64,000 bases of DNA from Vairimorpha necatrix (taxonomy: Eukaryota), in NCBI GenBank assembly GCA_036630325.1, contig CP142735.1, positions 620,001 through 684,000 on the forward strand, written 5' to 3'. Position numbers and translations under genes: made by a program. Below the pieces are notes generated by a model. That model was not told the DNA's origin. It made no database searches and worked only from the letters and a program-made list of their open reading frames with translations. Each line of letters begins with the position of its first letter. The first letter of the stretch is position 1. This document shows, one piece after another, positions 37,471 to 48,613 of the stretch.

Positions 37471-37754
37471 CATTATTTGTTTCCTATTCTGAACAAATAC
37501 TCTGTGGACTGATGGTTTCCCATCAGTCCGAGAAGAATGTTTTAAACTAATGTTTTTATTATTCTTCATCTTCATACCCCAAGGGTATGATTTTCTTTTA
37601 TATTTATAGGCGGGAAAATATTGTACATTTTCCCTCCATAAACATAGTTTGGTAAAGGAGGAGAATACTTATAGAATAGTATTCTCTAGTCTCCAGGGTA
37701 ATCTTAGGACCACTGGAGATCTGTCACTTGACACTCCCCCTTCTTTAGAGGCTC

Positions 37755-38210
37755 CTAGTTTACCATTTGTTGACGCGTCTTCAAGTACTTCCAGTTGATA
37801 ACGAATGCGTCATTATTTAGGCTATATAATTTATAGACTTCCTCTATTCCACCCGTAGGGATAGTAAATGACCTTTTCATTTTGTCATTTATTTTCTTCT
37901 GAATGCTTATCGGTGGTTTTCGCTTTCGTACTACGTCCCGAACTCTATGAACACTTAATTTCACATTGTCTTTAACTTTTCCCTTTTCATTTCTTGGTTT
38001 CTTCCGCGAGTAAGCGATAGATGTATAACGAAGCATTTCTTTTTCGTCGGAGTCTTTCCGCCATCCATTTATCATTTTAATAGATCTAAATTGTCTATTT
38101 ATAAGCTCCGGTAGCATACTGCCCCTGTAAATTTTTTTCCTCCTTTTTTTGTGAGGTATATGTTCTCTGCCTTTCCCCCAGGTATTTAGCTGTAGGTATT
38201 TTAACTCCAA
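37755..38210 (-). CDS. ORF ending in a diverged integrase C-terminal (GPY/F-region) segment
   Basis: VRDVVRKRKPPISIQKKINDKMKRSFTI..INWKYLK aligns with VVLRRKPLIKIKNKLDSKFEGPYTI..VNWKDLK of the inner element. Confidence 0.55.
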   Translation of the reverse strand: MELKYLQLNTWGKGREHIPHKKRRKKIYRGSMLPELINRQFRSIKMINGWRKDSDEKEMLRYTSIAYSRKKPRNEKGKVKDNVKLSVHRVRDVVRKRKPPISIQKKINDKMKRSFTIPTGGIEEVYKLYSLNNDAFVINWKYLKTRQQMVN

Positions 38211-38235
38211 TTCAAAGTTTGTAAATACGGGTGGA

Positions 38236-39042
38236 TCATGTAATTTTTGTATTAAATGATGTGGGTAAAACTCTTTTTTTTTTACTTCTGTTTAGTTTTC
38301 CCTTGTCATTACAAATTACCATGTCACTGAAAGATGCTTTGATTGGAGCGACCGGGAGAGTAAACGTCGATACAGTTTCTTCCTCTCCAGTTTTACTCAA
38401 AAGCACTTTGGGCTTGACTCTTATCGCTTCCCTTTGACCTAATGGTCTCCTATGTTGGATGCACTTAGATTCCGGACAATACTTTAGCTCATCTATAACA
38501 TTGCTACTACTAAAGCTTAAGTTTTGGTCTTTAATATGGAAAGCCTTCGAATGTACTATGGCAAGTTTATTACTTTTTTCTTTTCCTTCTTGAAAGTAAT
38601 TTTCTTTTACAATGTCTGTTAGATGTGTTTCGGATATTTTTCCCGTTGTGCAGACAGATTTCGTTGTTATAGCGCCATCTATTTTATCAAACCTTTTGAG
38701 TAGATTTAGTTTCTTGGCATCTACTATGCCAATTATAAAGTCTTCCGGTAATTTATCTATTACGTGAGCCTCGATCATTTCATTTTTCTTGATCTTGGGC
38801 CTCTTTATAAAGACTTGTATTTTTCCTCCTGATTTGACCTGGCCCCCTATTCCTTCAACCGTAAGAGTTTCTTTTGTTGGCTTTAATTTCAGTTTTTGAA
38901 TCATTGTTTTACTAATGAGATTCACTTGAGATCCGGTATCAATAAGAGCGGAAAATTTTATCGTTCCCGAATATAGATTTATCCTCGGGCGGATATCTTG
39001 TAGTTTAGTAGTTGATTTCATTTCTCCTATCCTTAAAAGCAT
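38236..39042 (-). CDS. Retropepsin protease plus unknown C-terminal region
   Basis: Motifs ALIDTGSQVNLI, GIGG flap and DFIIG. Confidence 0.85.
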   Translation of the reverse strand: MLLRIGEMKSTTKLQDIRPRINLYSGTIKFSALIDTGSQVNLISKTMIQKLKLKPTKETLTVEGIGGQVKSGGKIQVFIKRPKIKKNEMIEAHVIDKLPEDFIIGIVDAKKLNLLKRFDKIDGAITTKSVCTTGKISETHLTDIVKENYFQEGKEKSNKLAIVHSKAFHIKDQNLSFSSSNVIDELKYCPESKCIQHRRPLGQREAIRVKPKVLLSKTGEEETVSTFTLPVAPIKASFSDMVICNDKGKLNRSKKKRVLPTSFNTKIT

Positions 39043-39050
39043 GGCAGAAT

Positions 39051-39641
39051 TTACTTGTTCTGCTTTTTCTCCACAAATTTTATTATCTTTTTTTTTTGTG
39101 AGATAGCTTCATAAGATGGTTTTCTACTAAATGTTTTCTTTTTGTTTAAATGATAATTTATAAGAGTTTGTTTGTTCTCAACTAATTCCAGCAATTCTAA
39201 CCAATCTTTCGTTTCTTCAATAGGCTCCTTCAACTTATCAGGGGAGTTCCTTCCTATAGAAATCTTTGATCTGGCAAAATATTCAGGGTTTCCTTTTGCA
39301 TATCTTTTGAGGTCATAGGCGTAATTTAAAATGTCGCTTTCCTTTGGACCTTCCACATATAGATGCATGAACCTACCTGCTATATCTTCTGTTAGTTTCT
39401 CTTTTAAATACTTTTTTTTAAACTGGGTTTTGAATGAATCATAGTCTGTAATTTCATCACCCTCGAACGCTTTGAACCATGTTAACGCCTTGCCTTTAAG
39501 TTTAGATTTGGCAATATCTAGCGTTTTATCTTGCGTATACACATCCTCAATTTCGCGGAACTGAGTTAAAAAATCTTCGGCTTGTTTTAGATTTTCGCCG
39601 TTAAATTCTGTCCACCTCTTGCTCAGACATATTTTCTTCAT
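39051..39641 (-). CDS. Retrotransposon Gag (N-terminus cut off by the nested insertion; continues at 43654-43780)
   Basis: Clear paralogue of Gag 39805-40713 (FREIEDVY, KLKGKAL). Confidence 0.85.
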   Translation of the reverse strand: MKKICLSKRWTEFNGENLKQAEDFLTQFREIEDVYTQDKTLDIAKSKLKGKALTWFKAFEGDEITDYDSFKTQFKKKYLKEKLTEDIAGRFMHLYVEGPKESDILNYAYDLKRYAKGNPEYFARSKISIGRNSPDKLKEPIEETKDWLELLELVENKQTLINYHLNKKKTFSRKPSYEAISQKKKIIKFVEKKQNK

Positions 39642-39647
39642 GTGGGT

Positions 39648-42600
39648 TGTCAGGGGACAGATCTCCGGTGATACTAAGATTACCCTGAAGATCTGAGAAT
39701 ACCATGCTGTAAGTATTCTCCCTCTTTACATGTATAATTTTTGAAGGGAAATTGGTGATATTTTCCCGCCTAAAATTATAAAAGAAAATCATGCCCAGAA
39801 GGGTATGAAGAATAATAAAAACATTAGTTTAAAACATTCTTCTCGGACTGATGGGAAACCATCATTCCACATTGGTGGTAACGGTGAAGAGGATAAGATG
39901 GATGAGATCGAGGACATCTGCTCTTACATGAAAAAACTATGTCTCCAAAACAGATTGACAGAATTTACCTGCGAAGATCTAAGTAAAGCCGAAGACTTTC
40001 TATCTCAGTTCAGAGAAATTGAAGACGTTTATTCACAAGCCAAGACGCTAGATATTGCCAAAACCAAACTGAAAGGCAAAGCGTTAAGATGGTATAAGGC
40101 TTTCGAGGGTGAAGAGATAACAGACTTCGAGACGTTCAAATCCCAATTCCAAAAAAAATATATAAAGGAGAAACTAGTGGAGGACAACACTGATATGTTT
40201 ATGCACCTATATGTTCAAGGTCCAAAAGAAAGCGATATTATAAGTTACGCTTATGACCTAAAGAGGTATGCTAAGAGAAACACAGAGTACTTTGAAAGAT
40301 CAAAGATTGCCATACTAAGAAACTCTGTGGATGCTTTAAAGGAGCCAGTCAACGATACTCAAGACTGGATAGAGTTATTAGAACTACTAGAAGAAAAAGA
40401 AACTTTTATAAATAATTACATAAAGAAAAGAAAAAACTTATTTAGGAAGCCACAACAGGAAACACCTTTACAGGAAAAAAAAGAATATAGAACTATAAAC
40501 AAGAAATCAGTTCAGATAAATTCGAATTCATCATTACTCCTGAAAATAGGTAAAGTGGAAACAAAAAAAAATTCAACAGATATCCGAGCCAGGATAAATC
40601 TTTTTTCAGATAAAGAAAAAATTGCTGCGCTAATTGACACCGGAGCCGAGATTAACTGCATAAATTTGAATAAAGACCAAGCATTAGGGTTAAAACCAAA
40701 AAAGAGGCGATGACCATAGCAGGAATAGGAGGTAAAGTGAAGTCAGAAGGGATAGTAGAATTTCTAGTAAAAAATCCTAAGACCAAAAAAACAAAAGTCT
40801 TGAAGGCACACGTAGTCGGTAATCTACCAGAAGACCTAATAATTGGCCTAGTAGATATCTTGAACTTAAACTTACATAAAATACTGGATAAAATTAAGAG
40901 TACCAAAATATAAAAATCTATCTGCACTACAACGGCGAAAGCATCCGAAATTCAAATAGCAGATGTTGGAGAAGAAGATATGACAGAGAATGAAAAGGGA
41001 AAATTCATTAAAGTTATTTCAAAACATCCCGATGTATTTTCTGATAATAATCAACAATCGTGCTTAGACATTGAGCATGCGATTGAAATAACAAATGACT
41101 TTTCAGAGGTAAAGAATATTCAATTTAGAAGATCGCCGGAACAAAATGAAATAATCGAAAATAAAGTAAAAGAATTCCTAAGTAAAGGATTCATTGAGGG
41201 TAGTGAGTCAGACTATACTTCTCCGGTAGTGCTTGTAAAAAAACCGAATGGAGATACACGATTTTGTATAGACTATAGGAGACTCAATAAAATTACAAAG
41301 AAGATGATTTACCCAATCCCACTCGTAGAAGAAACCATAGAAGAACTTCAAGGAGCGTCCATATTTACAGTTTTGGACTTGGAATCAGGATACCATCAAA
41401 TACGAATTCGAAAAAAAGATAGGCATCTAACAGCTTTCAGAAGTAGATCAGGAACTTTCCAATGGGTTAGAATGCCATTTGGGCTGGTAAATGCACCTTT
41501 TACATTCCAGAAAATAATGAACTCGATATTATCTCCCTACTTACATAGATTTGTACAAGTTTACCTGGACGATATAATGATATATTCGAAGTCAATGGAA
41601 GAGCACCTAATACACGTAGAAGCGGTTTTTAAAATACTAAACAAACTGAAACTGAGGGTTAACTGCGGAAAATGTAAAATCGGAAAGAATACAGTGAAGT
41701 TCTTGGGATACACGATAAATAAAACTGGTATTAGTATACCGTTAGAACAACAGACTAAATGTCTAAATTTGAGAATTCCCACAACACTTAAAGAAACCAG
41801 AGGATTATTGGATTTATAAATTAACTTAAAAAATTTATAAGGAGCTACACAGATATAATGGCTCCTATTTACGATTGCCTTAAGAAAGGAAAATTTGAAT
41901 TCTCGGAAGAAGCCATACAAAGTGTTAAGAAAATAAAAGAGATTATTACGAGTTCTCCCGTCTTAAAGCTTCCAGACTTCACTAAGAAATTTATCTTGTA
42001 CACTGATGCATCAAACCTTTATATAGGAGCAACGCTAATGCAAGTATACGATGAGACAGAAATGCCTGTATACTTCATTTCAAGAAAACTAAATCCAGCT
42101 GAAATCAATTACACAGTAACCGAAAAAGAATGCCTGGCGATAATATGGAGCATATCTCAATTCCGTATTTATCTTACAAATACTTTTACCATTAAAACTG
42201 ATCATCAAGCACTCAAATGGCTGCTAAGTTATAAAGAAAGTACAGGAAGACTAATGAGATGGATTCTCACATTGGAAAATTACTCCTATGACATCGAATA
42301 CATAAAAGGAAAAGATAACGTTGTAGCTGACGGATTGACAAGATTTGTTCACACAGTAAAATATAAAAATGAACGAGAACTATCGCCCGAGAGTCGTAAA
42401 GAACTTATACTGAAATGCCACGAAGAATGTGGACATGGAAGCACTCTCCCAACATACACTCTAACTCTTGACCAAGCCAAATAGAAAGGCATGTATGAGG
42501 AAATAAAACAAGTGATTGGAAAGTGTCAGGTATATTTAAAATTCAATTCAAAAAGAATACCAAGAGAACACCACAGGATTCGCCTAAAAGATCCATTCTC

Positions 42601-43653
42601 ACTGGTAGGAATTGATATGGTAGGACCTCTACCTAAGTCCGAGAATGGTAAAATATATCTAATAGTCGCCACCGATTACTTGACAAGATGGTGTGAAGCG
42701 AAAGCCGTAAGAAATAAGACTTCTAAAACAGTGGCTAAATTTATATTCGAGGAGATTATATGTAGACATGGCCCACCCAATGAAATTCTTTCAGATAGGG
42801 GACTTGAATTTTTAAACAGTACGGTCAAAGAACTATGTAGAATATTTAAAATAAGAAAATCTTTTACATCAGCCTACCACCCACAATGTAATGGCACGGT
42901 AGAAAGAACCAATCAATCACTAGTGGCCAAATTGGCAACGATAATAAATGGAAGGTGGAAAGACTGGGACGAATACGTCGAACTGGCTCTATACGCGTAC
43001 AGAATTTCTCCCAGAAAAATAACAGGACTCTCTCCCTTTGAGCTATTATATGGACGAAAACCTATGACATGGGAACATCCCGAAGAAGAAACCTTATATT
43101 TGGAAGATAATTTTTTAATATTTGAAAGATTAAAGCATACTCGGGATATTATGTTACAAGCCGAGAGAGAGGCCAGAGAGGTGAAATAAAGGATGTCAAA
43201 GAACAGACACTTCAGATAGGAGACGTGGTGCTAAGAAGAAAACCACTCATCAAGATTAAAAATAAATTGGATAGTAAGTTCGAGGGCCCATACACGATAA
43301 CTAAGGTGGGTAAGAAAGGGGCATATGAAATAATAAGCCCTAATAATGAAGTGTTCTCGGTAAATTGGAAAGACTTAAAGAAGATGGACTTTGAACTAGA
43401 AACCTGGGAGCCGATAAAGAAAGGGGGAGTGTCAGGGGACAGATCTCCGGTGATACTAAGATTACCCTGGAGATCTGAGAATACCATGCTGTAAGTATTC
43501 TCCCTCTTTACATGTATAATTTTTGGAGGGAAATTGGTGATATTTTCCCGCCTAAAATTATAAAAGAAAATCATGCCCAGAAGGGTATGAAGAATAATAA
43601 AAACATTAGTTTAAAACATTCTTCTCGGACTGATGGGAAACCATCAGTCCACA
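39648..43653 (+). mobile_element. Full-length Ty3/gypsy element, 224-bp LTRs (39648-39871, 43430-43653), gag-PR-RT-RH-IN with several lesions
   Basis: TSD TGGGT, PBS TGGTGGTAACGGTGA (tRNA-Leu-like) and PPT AAGAAAGGGGGAG. Motifs LIDTGA, YLDD, TDAS, IDMVGP..SDRG and GPY. Confidence 0.95.
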
Positions 43654-44686
43654 TGGGTGATAAGACTATTTAGGTGATCGTTCAAATCCTCGTCACCTTT
43701 ACCACCATTGTGGACTGATGGTTTCCCATCAGTCCGAGAAGAATGTTTTAAACTAATGTTTTTATTATTCTTCATCTCCATACCCCCAAGGGTATGATTT
43801 TCTTTTATATTTATAGGCGGGAAAATATTGTACATTTTCCCTCCATAAACATAGTTTGGTAAAGGAGGAGAATACTTATAGAATAGTATTCTCTAGTCTC
43901 CAGGGTAATCTTAGGACCACTGGAGATCTGTCACTTGACATACTCCATGTTCATGTAATGAGGCACTATACTCCGTTTCAAGAATGGTCTTTCTAAACTT
44001 TTGTTGTTATTTGTTTGTTTACAAACAAACTGTAAAAATATTAGTATCGAAAAAGCATAAAAGGGCATGATGAGATGGAAGGTGAATACAAACGCTAAAA
44101 CAATAAAAGCATTATTTTTGAAAATACCTTTATTCTCATCGGGATGTCACTTCTCCTAGGATACGTCAATATTCTGTATTCGTTTTCTGAAGTACAGCCT
44201 ACACTATACTTAACTAAAAATTCCCGATTTCAGTTTATTTTGTCTTCGGGGCCAAAAAAAAATTTATGAAGCATTGAAAAGGAAAACCCTAAACGTCTAA
44301 ATAGGGTGTTTGGAGAAGTGATACAGACAGACGAAATGGTAATGGTAAAAAGATAATTTTTCAAATTCCATCAGAAAGTCATGACACAGTTGCTTTACAT
44401 GATTGATAGATTCAATATAAGGGCGAACATTAGAATTGAGAATCAAAATATTACCTACCCGGAAACTACTTACTATGACTTGATTTTTTAAGAAATACAT
44501 AAAATCGAAACGATTGTGTAAATGATGGGCATAAATAATGTCTTACAACATCAAATTTATCAACGGCGAACACGGCATGTAATATATGACGCCCTTTTAA
44601 AACAAAGCAGGAGAGACTACAAGTTTAATAGAAGGAGTCTGGTCATATCTTAAATGTGATTTAATAATTAGAAAGATATTAAAGAT

Positions 44687-47600
44687 TGTTAGACATATCC
44701 AAGTTAAGGGGTAGTTAATAATAAAAATATAAAGTAAACAATGACATGAGAATGTCACAACATCCCTCCCTCTATAAGAAATAATCGTCTTCGTCGATTT
44801 TTTTCAGCTGCGTAGCGTGCCTTTTACTTATTTCCCCATTACTATTGATTTCATATGTATCGTTAGTCAAAATGCCTATAACTTCTCCTGTTCCTACAAA
44901 CTTTGGCTGTCCTTTGTATTTGTGTATCTGGTCTTGTATAATGACCAAATCTCCAAGTTCTAACTTTTTATATTCAGGTTTCTTGAATAAACTCTTGTAT
45001 CTATTTATTCGGTTTTCAAAATGTTTCCTTTTAACTTCTGGGATATTTTCTAGATCTAATGCTTCTATTGGGGCCATCCCCGTTGCTCTATGACTTATAC
45101 AATTATACGCCTCAATCATCTTATCGACTCTTTTCGACAGTCTGATGCTCTTATCCTGCTTATTTATTCCTTCGCCCACAGTTCTATTAAATCTCTCTAT
45201 TCTACCATTTGAACAATGATGGTAGGGCGAGGTATTATGTTATCTTATTTTATTCTCTAATGACCAATTTCGTATCTTTTCACTTATATTTTCTTTTGCG
45301 CCGTCTGATATCAGTGTCTGTATATTCACCTTTTTGTGTACAATTTCCAAAAACATCAATATGTTATCACTACTTTTCGTCTTGAATACTTTTGCAAATG
45401 CGAATCTTGAGAAATAGTCTATAGCCGTGAATATAAATCTATCTTCTATCGGTCCTATGATGTCAAAAGCGACTTTTTCTCCGGGTTCAAATGCTTCCAC
45501 ATGCCTGAATCCTTTAATTCTCGCCGGATTATACTCTTTGCATTTATAACATCTTTTTAAAACATCTTCTACCTTCTTTAGTGTTATACTTTGATTACAT
45601 TGTTCTTTATTTATTTGTTCATGAGTAGCTTTTGCGCCTCTATGAACTAATTTTTCGTGTACCTTCATGATATATCAACAATTTCCTTTTTTCAATAACA
45701 TTTATTGTCCCGTAATGCCTCGAGAGAGCATCAACGTGCTCCAAATCGGTAGGTGTTTTGTATCGTATTATAAAATCGTACATCTGTAATCGTTCTATCC
45801 ATCTTATTATCCTGGGAGAATTTATCTCTCCCTTACAGTTTAAGGCTTCCAGTGCCTTATGATCCGTGTAAATTGTAATTTCCTTCCGAGGAGGAAATAT
45901 TTAAAAGGTTCCATTGCCCAAAGTGTGGCTAACATTTCCTTTTCTGTAATCGTATAATTTCCTTCAGCCTGCCATAATTGCCTTGAGGCGAAGGCAATAG
46001 GCCTTTCTTGCCCGTCTATTTCCTGGCTAAGTACGGCACCTAATCCCGTGTTCGATGCGTCTGTTGTTAAAACAAAGTCTCGTGTAAAGTCAGGTTGATA
46101 CAAGCATAAATCCGATATTAATGCATCTTTCAAAGTTTGAAATGCCGTTTCTTGCTCTTTTTCCCAAATGAACGGTTGTTTCTTTTTTAATAATATCACT
46201 AGTGGGTAGCATATCTTTGCGCAATCCTTTATAAATTTTCTGTAATAATTAACAATGCCTAAAAATTTTCGTACCTCATCTACATTCCTCGGGGTTGTAT
46301 ATTTTTTTATACCTTCAGTATTATCTGCCAATGGAGTTATCTTATTATATGTTATATTGTGACCTAAAAAATTTATCTCTTTTTTCATTATTTCCATTTT
46401 TTCCCTGTTTGATGAGAATCCTGCGTTGTTAAGTAGTTTACATACTCTTCCCACAGCCTTTTTATGCTTTTCAATTGTTTCAGTATATATTAGAATATCA
46501 TCCACATAGGCGAAACAACATCTCCCAATTTCTTGCTTAAGAACTTTATCAACTATTCTTTGAAATATTGCTGGGGAGATATTAAACCCCATAGGCATCC
46601 TAGTGTATTCATATGTCCTGTTTTTTATCCTGAAAGCGGGTTTCATCATGTCGTCCTCTTTTAGCTTTACCTGAAAGAATGCCTCCTTCAAATCTATCTT
46701 AGTAAAATACTTGCTTTTTCCCAGGCGGTAAATAAGCTCTTCTATCCTTGGTAGAGTATAACTATCTAGTGCCACTATTTTGTTCAGTTTGATTAAATTT
46801 ATTGTAAGCCTTATACTTCCATCTTTTTTTTCGACGGGTCTAACGTTATTTAACCACGTAGAGTGAGATTCTCTAATATAGTTGTTGGATAATAATCTCT
46901 GTATTTCTTTTTCAATTTTTTTTCCCATGCTTGGGGTATTCAATATGACTTATCTACAACCTTTTAACCATCCTCAGTATCTATATTACATTCAAATCCC
47001 TTTATTCCTTCGTTCTTCCACGCACATAATTTATTTATTTCTTCATTAAAATCGGTTACTACACTGATAGGATTTACGGTCTTTGGTGTTCTCATCCATT
47101 TACGTCCTATTATCACCGTCTTATCATTCCGCTTTGGTAAAATATAAAACTTCTCTTTTTAGCGTTCTTTGCTATGCTCAAATTCTATTTCCACATATTT
47201 ATCTATCGTAAACTCTTCTAATAGGCAGGTGTATAAAGTTATCGGCGTTTTCAATAAAGATGCTCTAATCTGCAAGAGTGCTTGTATCGGGTTTGTTATA
47301 AAACTATATTCCGATCCTGTGTCAAAAATAGCCCTAAACTGAAGACCCTTGATATAAACTAAATTTTCTTTAATAATTTCATCGACCGTTTCGACGTTAT
47401 TCAGCTGTCTTTTTTGGTCTGTTCTCGTTGCGCTGCTTGGTTTTGTATTTAGTCTTCTGAAATAAGCTTCTCTCTTAATTACCTCTATTTTCCTTATAGT
47501 ATCTAGGAATTCTTCATCAATTTTTTTAAACTTAAGTGTTGCTTGTTCACACTCCTCTCTCAACTTCCTCAATCCGAGGTAACTAATCTCTAATATAAGC

Positions 47601-48058
47601 TCATCATCATCAATAATAGCCTCTCCCAATTTTCTCATCCTTATAAAAAATTCATGACAGGTTTCTTCCTTTTTCTGGAATTCTCTCAAGAATTCTCTTT
47701 TAGATATTTTTTTGTTAAAAATGGAAAACATATATTCCTTCCATGCTTCGTAAGAAATCTTATTTAGTTTTTTATCCCTTTCTAAACGTTCATGGGCTTC
47801 GATTATAGCCACATCTGCTTTGTCCAAAATTTCCTCAATTTTTTCTTCATCCGTTAAGTATTTAAAAGCTTTCTTTCTTTCTTTCTAGTTTTTTTAAGGT
47901 GGCTTCAGATCTTTACCAGTTATTTGTATGGTGAGATCATTCAGTAACTTCACTATGTCTTGTTTTGAAATATTCTCCACCATGTTAGACATATCCAAGT
48001 TAAGGGGTATTTAATAATAAAAATATAAAGTAAACAATGAAATGAGAATGTCACAACA
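44687..48058 (-). mobile_element. Ty3/gypsy element with 76-bp LTRs (44687-44762, 47983-48058), frameshifted
   Basis: TSD AAGAT, PBS TGGTGGAGAAT (tRNA-Ala-like) and PPT GGGGAGGGA. Gag-PR (FDTGS) 47159-47827, RT-RH (YVDD) 45840-46943, IN 44772-45668. The LTRs differ at 2 sites. Confidence 0.95.
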
Positions 48059-48613
48059 AAGATAATGGAATCCAGGGATTTTAGAAAGAATTAAAAGGAG
48101 AAGAAGGCGCTGAATATATAATAATATCATGAGTTTTAAGAGGTTTTTTTAAATTATCAAAGTTTTTTCGAAATAAATGCATTATTATTATTTTTCGTTT
48201 CTCAATAGAGGAACCCTTATAGATAAAAAAAGTCCAGGCTCAGTCCGTTGCGCAGGATGATGAAGATACTTTAAGAAGGATCATTTTCATCTATAAATAG
48301 TAGAAAGTGAATAGTTGTTGTGAGTATATCATTATCCGCCCAAAGCATGATGTTTAAATAATTATTCATTAACCGCAAATTGCGCTACACGTTAATGTTT
48401 TTTATAAGATAAAATATTCAAAAAAAAAATGTAACGGGCACGAGTTTAATATAGAAATTATTAAAACAAACGGGAACAACTATTTAATATATAAAAACAT
48501 GTTTTTTATGTTAAACATCTGTTTTTAGTATAAATTATGTCATTTTTAACTCTCAATGTATGCATGGGCAAGGAATAATTCCGTTGGCAACAAGTTTTAT
48601 ATAAAGAAATATG

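Larger units (their letters stand above)
37503..43940 (-). mobile_element. Non-autonomous Ty3/gypsy element (~2.4 kb without the nested insert): gag, protease and IN C-terminal remnant; LTRs 43709-43940 and 37503-37733
   Basis: Near-identical 231/232-bp LTRs, TSD TACTC, PBS TGGTGGTAAAGGTGA and PPT AGAAGGGGGAG. No RT, RH or IN core. Confidence 0.92.

Noticed and set aside
39648-43653. Inner LTR pair slightly more diverged (3 differences) than the outer pair (2)
   Set aside because: The counts are too small to contradict the nesting order.
37503-43940. A single bidirectional or DIRS-like element with split inverted repeats
   Set aside because: Two independent TSD pairs (TACTC, TGGGT), each with its own PBS and PPT, show simple nesting.
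43946-44681. Possible decayed coding remnant between LTR elements
   Set aside because: No interpretable motif or boundaries.
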